From positions 21,266,001 through 21,330,000 of the forward strand of contig OX597836.1 of the NCBI GenBank assembly GCA_951406725.2: a stretch of DNA of 64,000 nucleotides, written 5' to 3'. Shown here piece by piece: positions 25,990-39,047 of this stretch (positions within the stretch are counted from its first letter, which is position 1; each line of letters opens with the position of its first letter). Source of the stretch: Octopus vulgaris. Lineage: Eukaryota. The notes beneath the pieces are model-generated. The model was not told the origin of the DNA, searched no databases, and was given only the letters and a program-made list of their open reading frames with translations. The position numbers and the translations under genes are program-made.

Positions 25990-27190
25990 TATTCTCATGC
26001 AATACATCAATAATTGTGCGTTTGACCACCACCTTTCTGAATTACTTCAAAGACACATGATTTCATGCTCTCAATCAATTTCTGCTGCAGAACAAGTGGA
26101 AGCTCTTCCCAGGCCTTCTTTACGGCTGTTTTAAGTTCATCAACAGATGACTACTGCTTGCCTTCCCTGTACCCAACATTTGTGAGATATTCTCAGGGAT
26201 TCTCTGTAGGATTAAGGTTGGAACTTCTTGTTGACTTCAAACCCTGTTGCATGGAGGAAATCCAAAGTTGCCTTTGCTTTATGAATAGGGACACTGTCCT
26301 GTTGAAATATAAAGATTTTGTCATGGAGCTTTCTTCCTTCTGACTCAATGTGAGCCCTGTCCAACATACCTATTTCTTTACTACCCACAAGGGGCTACAC
26401 ACAGAGGGGACAAACAAGGACAGACAAACGGATTAAGTTGATTATATCGACCCCAGTGCGCACCTGGTACTTATTTAATCGACCCCGAAAGGATGAAAGG
26501 CAAAGTCGACCTCGGCAGAATTTGAACTCAGAACGTAGCGGCAGACGAAATGCCGCTTAGCATTTCGCCTGGCGTGCTAACATTTCTGCCAGCTCGCTGC
26601 CTTGTCCAACATACCGATGTATGATGCAGCATTGAAACGGCCATCCATGATGGCAAGTGGCAGCTTCCCATTGGTAGATATTGCTCCCCAATAAGACCTC
26701 TTTTGCTGTTCAGTCACTTGGAATAAACAGAAATTTGTAGACATTTATCTGCCCAGTAATACTTATAACCGTTGGGGCCATCCAACTTCCATTTCTTCTC
26801 ATCAGGGAACACAACTCTGGTCTATTCACTATCCCATGTCTGATGCTGCCAAGCAAATACCAGTCTAACAGTTTTGTGTGAAGGGGACAATAGCAGACGT
26901 CCTAGCTGCTTCTTCCGGTGGAAACCATTGTTCAAAATCACTCTTCTTATGGTGGATGTCAAGGTTCCTACTTCTGCTGATGCCTTTATTTTGGAAACAG
27001 AAGAGCAGCATGACTTCTTCACAGCTCTGACAATGGTCCTTTCAGCCCTTTCTTGTAGCTGTCAAGATCTTTCACAAAATTGTCTACTGGTATACTGCTT
27101 CACTGAATCTTCTTGGCAATCTTCTAGTTACCCATTCCTTCCACTTTCAGTGCAAGAATCTTCCCTAGCTCAATTTTGGAAAGCTTTGTA
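25990..27190 (-). mobile_element. Degenerate Tc1/Tc3-like transposase fossil, interrupted by a family A SINE
   Basis: LLLSPSHKTVRLVFA...W and FPDEKKWKLDGPNG (FSDEKKFNLDGPDG-like) on the minus strand. Confidence 0.7.
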
Positions 27191-27598
27191 GCTTTAGGCA
27201 TACTGGAAATGTAATCTAAACCATGGAGATTTCGGTTGAGCTGAATATTTTCTGCAACAATTTGTAAAGAAATGAAAATATATTAGTGGCTTTATAGTTT
27301 TGAAGTGTTGATAACCTAGGGAAAATTAGAAAATCAGATGTTGTAATGTGATAATAAAGATACAAGGTTTTCATTTCAATGTATTCATGAAATGCTCATT
27401 TACAATATATTATGCCCCTTAGTCCACTTAAATACAGAGCTAAATTTCTAAATAACTTTAAAAAACAGATGGGTTTATAGTTTTGAAAAGTAGTTCATAC
27501 ATATATATATAGGGAAAGTTTACGAAAAAAACAAAAGACGAAGACAGGTGGTGTACAAAAACAGATGTATTAGTATAAAGTTCAGGAATAGAAAAAGT

Positions 27599-27634
27599 CT
27601 TTTACGTTTCGAGCCTACGCTCTTCTACAGAAAG
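27599..27634 (-). ncRNA. Minimal hammerhead-like motif with variant core (CUGUAGA)
   Basis: cuuu-CUGUAGA-a-gagc-guag-gcuc-GAAAC-GUA-aaag; sister copy at 19511-19546 (+). Confidence 0.45.
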
Positions 27635-28847
27635 GGACACAGAAAAAACAAGGAGAGAAACAATATATATATAATCCATTATCATTGAGTTTGACAAAAT
27701 ATACACACTGTTTTGCCAACTAATAATTACAGATTAAATATTTTTCCACTCCGAGACTCATCAGACATAGCTTCTTCTTGAACTTGTCAAACTCTGGGAT
27801 AATAAACACATACACACACTCATATATGATGGGATCCCACACAGTTTCTGCTTACTAAATTTAGTCATAAGACATTGGTTGGTCCGGAAGTATAGTAGAA
27901 GAAACTTGCTCAAGGTGTTGCACCATGTGACTGAATCAGAAACCATGTGGTTGTAAAGCAAGCTTTTTAACCAAACAGCCATACATGTGCCTAGCTATAA
28001 AGGAATAGATCGGCCATTTATTGCAGCAGCTATCCACTAAATATATTTATGCTAAAATATGAATAAAATCATTCTTTGAAGTAGTTAGAGAAAATTTGGC
28101 CAAAGAATTAAAGAATAAAGTTTTCATTTAAAATTCCTAATTCAGACACCTTTTACCTTTTACTTATTTCAGTAATTAGACCGTTGCCATGCTGGGGCAC
28201 TGCCTTGAAGAATTTTTAGTTAAATGAATGGATCTCAGTGTTTTATTTTTTTTTCAAGCGTGGTTCTTATTCTATTGGTCTCTTTTGCTGAACCACTAAA
28301 TAGATAAACTTACCTGCATTTCAACAAGTTTTCTGTAGAGGGCAAAAATTGGAGAGTAGACAAAGAAATTTAGATGTCATTTTAGGGATTTCAAAGTAAA
28401 ACTAAGAGAAAACAACATCATAATCCTTAAGGATTAAGATGCATAAACACAACCAAATTCTTCCAGAGAGAAAGGAGAAAAAAAAAGGAAGAACCTAATA
28501 CCCAACTGGTACTGGATTATTTATCAATCCCTAAAGAATGAAAGGCAAAGCTGACTGCTGTAGAATTTGAATTTGTAATGCAGAGATCTGGAACAAATGC
28601 TGCAAAGCATTCTGTCCACTACTCCAACATTTCCTCTCATTCGCTCACTCACTTTTAGTAGTTGGGACCTAAGTTGAATTACTACTGTATGTAGTTTTTA
28701 TTGAAATCCTATCATTGACATAAAGTTATGCATTTAAAGGAAGGGTACATTGGTCAAATTCAGCACACTATTTGATTGCTAGTTGATTTTATCAAACTCA
28801 CAGGGATAAAAGGCAAAGTTGACTTCAGTGAGAGTTGAACTCAGAAC

Positions 28848-28932
28848 AGTCCATATACAGATAACACTTAGCTGTATATGGGCTTAGTTGTATATGGACT
28901 TAGCTGTATATGGTCTTAGCTGTATATGGACT
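28848..28932. repeat. 16-bp tandem repeat (cttagctgtatatgga) x4 plus one inverted partial copy
   Basis: Directly visible; agtccatatacag at 28848 is the reverse complement of the unit core. Confidence 0.85.
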
Positions 28933-28971
28933 ATTTCACCATAACAAATACAGTTTAAAAATTTAACTTAC

Positions 28972-29207
28972 TATTATAAGGATGTGGTGATCCAATATGT
29001 GTATTATAAAAAATGGTGGGGTATACAGATTCATCTGGAATAGTTGTGTTTCTTAGCCAATTTATTAAATCCTGAGCAATTCGGTTATTGACTGTATAGT
29101 TTATAAAGTCTCGAGTTACTGCAACATAGTGTGACCCTTTAGCTAACGTGATATTGTGTGGTACTGGTTTCTGTTTTAATGCTTTCCTCCATCTGTGTAT
29201 CCAACGT
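28972..29207 (-). CDS. GCNT-like coding exon 2 (not in ORF track), contains the catalytic PDE motif
   Basis: ttttctgcag acceptor; RWIHRWRKALKQKPVPHNITLAKGSHYVAVTRDFINY...WLRNTTIPDESVYPTIF; A|gtaagt donor. Phase 2 in, phase 1 out. Confidence 0.94.
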
Positions 29208-30325
29208 CTGCAGAAAAGTAAATTTAAAAACCAAATTTAAGAGAGAAGAGAATGCATTTTAACAGTCAATCTATTGTATAAATGGTAACATACTCACCTG
29301 TCAGGAAGGAAACATGTGTGTTCCAAGAACCCTCAATGACTGTTTTTTTTTTTTTTTCATATTAGTGTTGGTCTCTTGAAGGTTATTCACAGGGTCCTGA
29401 AAGATCCAAGGCAGATGAGACCCTTCAGCTCTTTAGTTGTTCATCTGAGAGAAAGTAACTCCATGCAGGTCCTACAACCTGATAACCTCCTGGGCTCATG
29501 ATACTTGCTGTACCGGAACAAAATAATTTTGAGGCATGAAAGAGTAGGACTGGCTCTGCACAAACCATGCCCATTATAACAATAAACCCCTGCAGCCTTG
29601 TGAGCATTTTACATCAGCTAAAGGATTAAACCTCCACAGAAAATCCAAATTGGGTGATCCTAAGGCAGATGTGTACAGTTGTACTTCACCAGTATCAGGC
29701 ATTCCCTGTTACTCTATGTATGCTACAAACATATTAATTTGTTTTTCCTTTGTATTATATTTACGAATGAAGAGGTGGTAAGTATACTTAGGGCTAGACA
29801 CTTGCTTCTGGGTACAGGCTAGGTATGGTAGATGGGGTTAAGTTACAGTCTCTGCAACACCACTGACCAATGAAGCAAAAAAGGCCAACCTTTCAAGATA
29901 TACAACCCAATAATTTATTTATATTGCAATATTACATTAAATACTATGAATATAATTTAACATAATATTATATAACATAAATAATTATAAAAACCAAGTT
30001 GGCCTTTTATGGTCTTAGAAATTGTTGTAGGTCTCTGCTACATATATATATATATATATATATATAGCTCATTTATACCTGCCTTTATGGCTTATAGGTT
30101 AAATAGGTATGACTACTAAACAGCTGTCAGTTTTGATTTATTTGCATATTATATTTGAAATTTTTACTTATATCTCTTTATCTTTTACTATTTACTGTAT
30201 ATCTCATTTCATTTTATATATTGCCTTTACTCATATGTAATGGTGTATTAAAGTATGGATTGAGTATCATCGGATAGTTGATGTTTTACTGATTTAAGTA
30301 TGTTTCTCCATTCTCTAATTTTGTA

Positions 30326-30390
<65 letters not shown>

Positions 30391-31107
30391 GATGAGAAAA
30401 TTAATGTCTGATAGAAAGCTTACAATGTTGCAGCAGTAAAGCATATGTAAATTTGAAAAACAAAAACCTATTTAGTTCAATGTGTGTAGACAGGTTTTTT
30501 TCAAGTGCATTCAATGCATGTCACCTCCAAAGATAGGGCTGCTATTTCTAGCACGCCGTGCTACCACGTAACAGTTGTTTGTGATAAAGGACCAAAAATA
30601 CTTGTTATGAGGTATCAGGGCATCACCAGAGTCCATCATCCAGCAGTACCCACAGCGGTGGATTGGTTGAGAGGACAGCCTTCCTTTTCTAGTTGCCAGC
30701 TAGGGATTTTACTACTACTACTGCTGCTGCTACATCATCTACATCATCATCATCATCATCATCATCCTCATCATCCTCATCATCATCATCACATTCATCA
30801 TCATCTATATTTAGGGAGAGTATGTCCAAATGCCCTAACTATGACTAACCCATCTACCTATTTCCAAGTGAAGTAATAAGTCTACTGAATGACAAACAGC
30901 CTGGACAATGTTTATATGGAAAACTGGAAATAAATGACACTGTGTGAATGAACACTTTATTTACAAAGATTGCATAACATGTCAAAAATCTGAATGCGTT
31001 CTTGCAATGGACTGCAAACAAACGGCGCCATTAGTGAAATCATTCTTCAAATTAATTATATATTGTATGTATTGTATGTATTAAAATGTCACAAACGTGA
31101 AGAAAAA

Positions 31108-31620
31108 GAAATAAGGAATTATCAAATTATTGAATGTGAAATTTAGATGTTTTCAAATAATAAATTTTAAACAGTAGGAAAGCAAATAAATAAGAAATTA
31201 TCAAATTATTGAATGTGAAATTTAGATGTTTTCAAATAATAAATTTTAAACAGTAGGAAAGCAAATAAATAAGAAATTATCAAATTATTAAATGTGAAAT
31301 TTAGATATTTTCAAAAATTAAATTTTAAACAGTAGGAAAGCAAATAAATAAGAAATTATCAAATTATTAAATGTGAAATTTAGATATTTTCAAAAATTAA
31401 ATTTTAAACAGTAGGAAAGCAAATAAATAAGAAATTATCAAATTATTAAATGTGAAATTTAGATATTTTCAAAAATTAAATTTTAAACAGTAGGTAAGCA
31501 AATAAATAAGAAATTATCAAATTATTAAATGTGAAATTTAGATATTTTCACAAATTATTAAATGTGAAATTTAGATATTTTCAAAAATTAAATTTTAAAC
31601 AGTAGGAAAGCAAATAAATT
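31108..31620. repeat. 79-bp AT-rich tandem repeat, about 6.5 copies
   Basis: taagaaatta recurs at 31191, 31270, 31349, 31428 and 31507. Confidence 0.93.
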
Positions 31621-31660
31621 TGATTGAAAGTAAATTAAGAAAAAGCAATTTGATTCATAC

Positions 31661-32391
31661 CTGAAGTCAAGTTCGACAATATTTTTTCCATTAAGTCCTC
31701 GAAGAAACCTGACTATCTGAAGATTAGTTTTTAAAGGGAAATCCATTCCACAAAGATTAATGTAATAACGCCATGATGAAAAGCGCAACAAGTCTCTCAT
31801 CACTACCAGATCTGCTTCAACAAGGCTAAAATCACCCCACTTTATAGCAAATCTTTTACTGCTTAGAAACACATTTGGGAAGCATTCAGCAATTGATTTG
31901 GCGACATGGTAGTCAGAAATGGCTGCTTTTTGGTCCAGATGGATGACATATATGTTCTGTGGGCGGTATATTGCTCTTAGAAGTTGCTCCATTTGTGTGA
32001 CTTGATTATGAAAGAATATTCCATAGGCAATTGGGAAAGATTCCTCTTCTATTGTCATACTGTTCGTGAAGTATCCTCTTTCAGTTATCAACCTTGAACA
32101 GTTTTTTGACAGCTTCAACAAGTCTTCTGCAGGATGTGGATATTTCTTTGCTTGCTCCTTTAATTCAGGTGATGTTTGAAAATCATTATCAAAAATCTTG
32201 GCACAGTTAAAAGAATCAACTTTGCGATTTGAAAGTGTCATCAAAGCTTTCCTTACGAATTCTGATTTTAACATTAGTATTGACTTTCTTTTCCTGCTAG
32301 TAAACATTATTATTATCATCATAAGGATGAATAAAATTACAAGTGTTGAATAAGATTTTCTTATTGAAGACACTTTTCTCCAAAAGTTCAT
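31661..32391 (-). CDS. GT14 beta-1,6-N-acetylglucosaminyltransferase (core-2/I-branching, GCNT-like), coding exon 1
   Basis: Type II TM anchor, then FPIAYGIFFH, LLRAIYRPQNIYVIHLD, CFPNVF, WGDFSLVEADL, YYINLCGMDFPLKTN; AG|gtatga donor at 31660. Confidence 0.95.
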
Positions 32392-32899
32392 TTTTTTTAT
32401 AGTTTGTTCACTGATATTTTTTTAAGGAATTATTCCAATTTTCATCTATACTTCATGTATTGTATTTTCTCTTCTCTATTTTTTGAAGAAGAATCTGGTG
32501 AATCAGACAAAAATGTACAGCAGAATACTCTTTGTATTCACTGGGCTTCACACTGTTAGACTTTTCATTATGGGAATACTTAAAAGAGAGAATTTACAGT
32601 ACAAATCCAACAACAGCCAATGAACTGAGGACAGCCATGGAGCAATTAAATTTAAATGTGTCATAACTATGAGAAATTAACATTTTTTATCCTTACAGCA
32701 AAAATCATGTATACTACCAAAAGCAAACTAAGCAAAAATAAAATATCTCACTGTTTTTTTTCTTTTGTGCAGATTAGGAAAGAGAATTATATTTGCAAAG
32801 TGTTCCAGCTTTTAAAAATATGTTAAAGATTATCATTTCCTTTTCTTTTTCTTCGTTTTTTTATTTATTCTTTTCTTTTACATTTATTTTATTTTATTG

Positions 32900-33070
32900 T
32901 AATCTGACGTAAGGAATTGATAAGAAATAGATAAATAATTTTTTTATGGAAGTTAGCGGAAGTTCCCATCCTTTCTACATGCTTTTAATCATCTGCGATT
33001 GGTGATTTGTACTGGAAAAGTAATCAATAATATTTATTGGTACGATTTACAGCCATCTGCCAATCATAGA
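32900..33070 (-). promoter_or_regulatory. Candidate promoter-like motif cluster upstream of the GCNT-like gene
   Basis: CRE-like TGACGTAA (32905), ETS-like CGGAAGT (32957) and three CCAAT/ATTGG boxes in about 170 bp of repeat-free DNA. No TSS data. Confidence 0.3.
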
Positions 33071-35199
33071 GAATCATTTCACAACTGACTGTTCTATTTG
33101 TTTTGTTCAATTTGTCGTATTTATACTGGGATTATACCTACACATAAAGTATATCATGTAGGTAGATAAGATAAAACTCCAACTGTTTCTTCTTAAAGTT
33201 CCTCTGCTTATTCTAGGATTACAATCCAGTATGTATAGGTAGTTTGTTGCTGTATTGATGTGAGTTATATATCAGAGTTGAAAATTCTGGAAATATAGTT
33301 TGCAGAGTTTTTATATAACAAAACAGGAAGTTGCAAAATTTTTTGGTATTATTTATACACCATTACACATGTTTCATTTTCTAACAGGAATTAGTGTTTT
33401 ACATGTTAGATGGACATGTAAGGAATTTCCTATAGGAAATTATTCAGTCAGAGAATTAAAACAATACAAATTTTACATCTGGAGGAAACGTTATTAATCA
33501 GGAGTAATATAGATAGTTGGGGTGAAAGAAGAAATCAAATATTACAGAACCTACATGTGTATGATTCTGTGTGTATGTGTGTGTGTGTGTGTGTGTGTGT
33601 TTGCATGTGTGCATGTGTGTGTGTAATTTATTTATGGGACACTACATGTCTCTAAGTGGTATAGATAGTTTTATATAATGAGAAATATCTCAAACATATC
33701 CATCAGGCACAAACCATGTATCATAACGAACTAAAAAATTGAATAAGAGAAGAAAGGCAAAAAACAAAAAAAAAAAACTGAGAATGCAGCATATAGAAAA
33801 CATGAAAAGAATGGAAAAAGAAAAACAGAAAACAAAAACTAAAATTTAAAAAGTAAAAAGTAAAAAATGTAAAAGAGTTATCCTCCTTACACTTTAAATT
33901 ATAAGGCTGGAAAGATATCAACAAGTTAATTAGGAATAGGCAGAATTTTCCAGTTCTTCAAGATATATTTATTCATATACTTGCAACTGCTGAAAATTTC
34001 TGACCTGGAGTTCAGTAGAGTTAGGGATCTTAGATCTGAACAGGATCTGTGCTCTTTCAGCTAAGCAAAGCTTACATTTATTCAATCCATTAACATATGG
34101 TATGGATTTCTCAATTATTTTCTACTTAATTACATGTGGCATTTTGTTATCTTTCAATATTATCTCAACTTTTTTGTTCCTTCTCAAGCCATGCCTGGCT
34201 CATAAGGGCTGGTTTCCCGGTTTCCTTAGCATATAGGTTCCCCACCTGGATGGGACGCCGGTCCATCACAGGTGAGCTGCAAGATGCAGGAGGAAAGAGT
34301 GAGAGAAAGTTGTGGTGAAAGAGTCAGCAGAAGTTTGCCATTACCTTCTGTGGGAGCCGCGTGGAGCTTAGGTGTTTCGCTCATAAACACGGTCTGAGAT
34401 TCGAACCTGCGATCCCTTGACTGCGAGTCCACTGCTCTAACCACTAGGCCATGTGCCTCCACTATAATCTCAACTAATACTGTGGAATTCCTGAAGTAGA
34501 TCCAACGGAAATATACCCCAACTGTAGATGATACCATGTAGCCCAAACCGTGCTAGTGCTTCACTCAACATATCAACATACTAATTGACATATATCCATT
34601 AGTCCAAAATATTACATATATATATATATAAATATATATACAACTTATAAACAAGGGCAAAAGAAAAAATTCTAATGCCAAATATGCCGAAAATAGACAA
34701 ATTGTCAATAACCATATAATTTATCACTATAAGCACGCGTCTCAAAGTAAGCTGGCAAAAATTTCTTAAAAATTCTGTTATTATCGTATTGGTTCTAATT
34801 TCTGAGTTAATTCATAAGAATTTTCTCCTCATCAGCAATAAATATGAAAGAAATAAATGAAATACTTACTCATACCCAAGTATTTCATTTATTTCTTACG
34901 TATTTATATGCTTGCTTCCAGGCACAGATACGCTCTTACAATTGCACAATCTTGCACTCACCATTCCTCCATTTGTACTTTCTTCTCCACAGAACCACAT
35001 TCCTACCCATGTCCTAGCTCCTCATCAGTAGTCTCCCTCTCTCTCTCTCTCTCTCTCTCATTCACTAACTGTTCTTCTTTCTTACCTCCACTATACTTTC
35101 TCTTCCTTCCAACAAAGTGCTAATGTCCAAAATATTATGATGTTCTTTTCTCACTAAACCGAAGGAGGAGAAAGCAAAAACTTTTGAGCAGTAAGTAAC

Positions 35200-35745
35200 T
35201 TGGGGTCTCCTTGGAAACAAAGGTACCGCTTAAATGACAAGTCACACAAGTTAGAAATCATAGCCATAAGTGAGACCAAACTCCATAATCCACTGGCCCT
35301 AAAATCCATGTTTGGTGGATGGTTGAACATTTATTTTTCTCCCTGTCTGCCAAAAATGGGTGGTAGTGGCACAGTGGTACTTTTTTGCAAGAATCTGGAT
35401 CTCGATGTAAAGACAATATTCATAGACCTGGAGGGTAGACTGGTCATCCTGGATGTCAACAGCAGCAATGGGTGTGCTTTTCGACTCATATCAGTCTACG
35501 CACCGCCTTTAACAGGTCGGCCAGATATCTTTCGATGTCTAGAAGTATTCTTAGGAACGTCTCGTCCTTTACTTTTAGTGGGGGATTGGAATGCTACTTT
35601 GGACACGCATCTAGACTACGTGGGCAGAAATAGGAATAGACAGGGGTGCAAATGCCTCAGAGACCTGCTCAGATGCTTTCAACTGTCTGACAGGCACCGA
35701 CTCGACCACCTGAATGTGACAACGTGGACATGGAGCAACAGTGTG
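35200..35745 (+). mobile_element. L1/Tx1-clade LINE apurinic-endonuclease fragment
   Basis: IIAISETKL, GRLVILDV, LISVYAP, LLVGDWNATLD, TWTW motifs of APE domains; no RT follows. Confidence 0.82.
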
Positions 35746-36224
35746 TCTCCTTATCACAAGAGTGCAAGGAAAAGGTCTGGCCCATTTTTTTTGCTGTTCA
35801 GGTAACTGCATGATTGCAGGAGGAATTACCCTGGTCCGGGAAACCATTCAGGTGACAAACTGAATGACCATCCTCCTCCAATCCACTGCACACCACACCA
35901 GCACCCCTCCCCCATCCCATCAATCAATCATTTTTGCTTGTTTTTGTTTCTCTCTCTTTTTTTTTTGCTTTTTTTTTGGGGGCCCTTACAAGATCTTTCA
36001 TGAAGTGTAATGCTAACATTCCTAACCCACCCTCATACGGCAACACCTGGGATCATCTTTTTCTTTTTCTTCTCTCTTGGAGATTTTCTCGTGACTAAAT
36101 AGAAGTGCTGGAGACATGAAGGCACCATACAAATATAAAGAACAACTGGCTCTACAGGTAATTGATATATAACAATTGAAATGTATGTATAATACATGCC
36201 ATGGTCAAACATGCTTGCATAAAT

Positions 36225-36233
36225 ACATACAAC

Positions 36234-36321
<88 letters not shown>

Positions 36322-36612
36322 GTATATGTATGTATATGCATATATATATATATATATATATACATATACACATATATATATATGTATATGTATGTATATG
36401 TATATATATATACATATATATATATACATACATACATACATACATACATACACACACATATGCATACCTATATGCATATATACATATGTACACATACGCA
36501 CACACACACACACACACGTACACATACACACACATATGCATACATATATGCATATATACATATGTACACACACGCAGACACACACGTACACATACACACA
36601 CACACGAGCACA
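36225..36612. repeat. Long compound (TA)/(TACA)/(CA) microsatellite
   Basis: Low-complexity run that generates many spurious YI/HT ORFs. Confidence 0.95.
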
Positions 36613-36963
36613 CAAAAGACAGTGAAAGAGAGAACAACAAAGGGAGATTGACAAAGCTTGCACACGTAAAAATGTGTAAAGTGTTAGCGATAAATTCAGA
36701 AGCATGCACACAGGTACACATGTACACATGCAACAACCTAACATGCAAGTAATTCGCACGCGGACAAGTGGACAAGCATTGTGACAGATAGACAAGTAAA
36801 TAGGCTGGAAGGCTGTCGAGGAAATTACTTACTGACTGTCAGACAGGAAAGATAAACACGTTCAAGTAGTCAAATGCCTTCTTTTAACTTCACACGTTCC
36901 TGCATTTATTATTTGTGTATATGTGTGGTTGTGTATGTGTGCATGGGCATATGCATACATATA

Positions 36964-37007
<44 letters not shown>

Positions 37008-37051
37008 AAATATGAAAGAAATAAATGAAATACTTACTCATACCCAAGTAT

Positions 37052-37088
<37 letters not shown>

Positions 37089-37149
37089 CATATATATATA
37101 TATATATATAATGTTGAAAGATTTAAAAGGCCAAAAACAATGCAAATAG

Positions 37150-37520
37150 ATTTTAAGATGAGGTAACTCCACCCGTCTAACACCCGTGGACATATTTACA
37201 ATGTCAGAAAACAGCACAGCACCCATGACTTTTGGAAACATTTTTTCACGCTAAGAGTTGCTGAAGCATGGAACAAACTGCCGGCATCAGTTGTTAGCTG
37301 TCGGAGCACTGCATCCTTCAAAACTTCTATGCTTTCTGAGATTCGCCAACACTACACCTGATTTTCTCCCCTCCATACACACACAAGCATGTATCTGACT
37401 CATACATTGTTCGCTTTCCACACATTTGTACATTATTGCATATACTTTATATGCACTTTCTGACAAGTTGTGGTGCACCTGAGCACTGTATACAATAATT
37501 TCATTATTATTATTATTATG
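37150..37520 (+). mobile_element. CR1-clade LINE 3' end with (ATT)n tail
   Basis: TRGH...HFFTLRVAEAWNKLPASVV...FK, characteristic of the CR1 ORF2 C-terminus. Confidence 0.75.
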
Positions 37521-37794
37521 TAAACTAAAAGTAAGTTACCTGGTAAACTTTGGTCTTATATGTATCCAATATTTCAGGACATACAAGTCCCTTCTTCAGT
37601 GTTAAAAAGGTACTGTCCTTGGTAAGATGCATTTTTTGTTGGAGATAAAAATAATTCGATGATTGTTTTTGAATTTTCAAGCGTTTCTCAACTCCATGAA
37701 TGTTAGTGATGGCGATTATTAACTTATCGTTCCACAAATCAATTTTCATTACCTCTTTTCTAATATGTAGCTACATATTTATATTTTGTAGTTT

Positions 37795-39047
37795 ATGAAA
37801 CTTATGACTAGGTGGAAAACTAATCTTGTTCTGGTTACATATTGGTGCTTGGGCCTTCAGCCTCAGAATTCTAGAGTTCAATTGCTTGAACAGAACCAAA
37901 TGGTTAATGCAGAACTCTATGTTCGACAGAAGGTGCAACTCAACACCGCTATTCAAGAGGAAAGACCTAATTGGCAGCATGGAGTTCTTCTGCTGCATGA
38001 CAACACCCGCCCTCATATCACCAATATGACCAAAGAAGCCATTCAAATGCATGACTGGAAAGTGCTGCCACAACCGCCGTACTCTCCTGATTTGACACCA
38101 ATGGATTTCCACCTCTTTCAATCTCTTTCAAATGCTATGCGCAGAGTTTCGTTCAATACTGATGCAGAATTGAGAGCTTGGTTGGATCAATTTTTCGAGT
38201 CAAAATCGGGTGATTTCTACCAACGAGGTATTGAAATTCTTGTTGAACATTGGGAGGAAGTTGTAAACCAAAACTTTCAGATAGGGACTGTCAAACTCTT
38301 GTGCAAATTGTTAGAAAGGATCACAAAAGTACAGCTCCCAAAATTACTGCAGAGCTTAATGACCAATTTAAGAACCCAGTTTCCACAAAAATTGTTCACC
38401 GGAAGTTGCACAAAGCTGGATTTCATGGGAGGGCTGCAATCAGAAAACCACTACTTTCAAAAACAAATGTTGCAAAGCGTTTAGAGTGGAATAAAAACCT
38501 AACCTACAGAATTGGTCCTTGGAGCAGTGGAATAATGTTATTTTCTTGGAAGAGTCCTCCTTTACCTTATTTCCAACCACTGGCTGAGTATACGTGTGGA
38601 GGAGGATCTGTGATGATCGGTGGGGTGGGGGTGGGGCTATATCTTGGAAATCCACCAGTCCAATGGTTTCCCTTCATGGCAGAATTAATAGTCAAATCTT
38701 TTTAAGCACTTTATCTGATCAAATTTATCCTATGGTTGTGGAACTGTTCTAGTGAAGTTGAACAACTTATCTGGCCACCACAGTCCCCAGATATCAATAT
38801 TATTGAACATTTATTGTGCATTTTAGAAAACAAGTATGGAGTCAATATCCTCCACCATCACCACTACAAGAACTGGAGACTGTTTTAGCTAAAGAATGAA
38901 CAAAAATTCCTTTGGAAACAATTCAAACTTTGTATGACGCCATACCTCATGGAATTCAAACTATAATTACTGCCAAAGGCGGTCCTACCCCATATTACAA
39001 TAAATTTGTTTGAAATTTTAAGGTGTTTCCATTATTTTGTCCAAACC

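Noticed and set aside
30505-30876. His-rich 123-aa ORF
   Set aside because: (CAT)n/(CTA)n microsatellite tail of a LINE-related repeat, antisense within a GCNT intron.
34725-34840. CTGATGAG...GAGACGCGT hammerhead-like relic on the minus strand
   Set aside because: GAAA core mutated and stems not reconstructable by eye.
36033-36795. Stack of 140-207 aa ORFs on both strands
   Set aside because: YI/HT/CV dipeptide translations of (TA)/(CA)/(TACA) microsatellites; no protein features.
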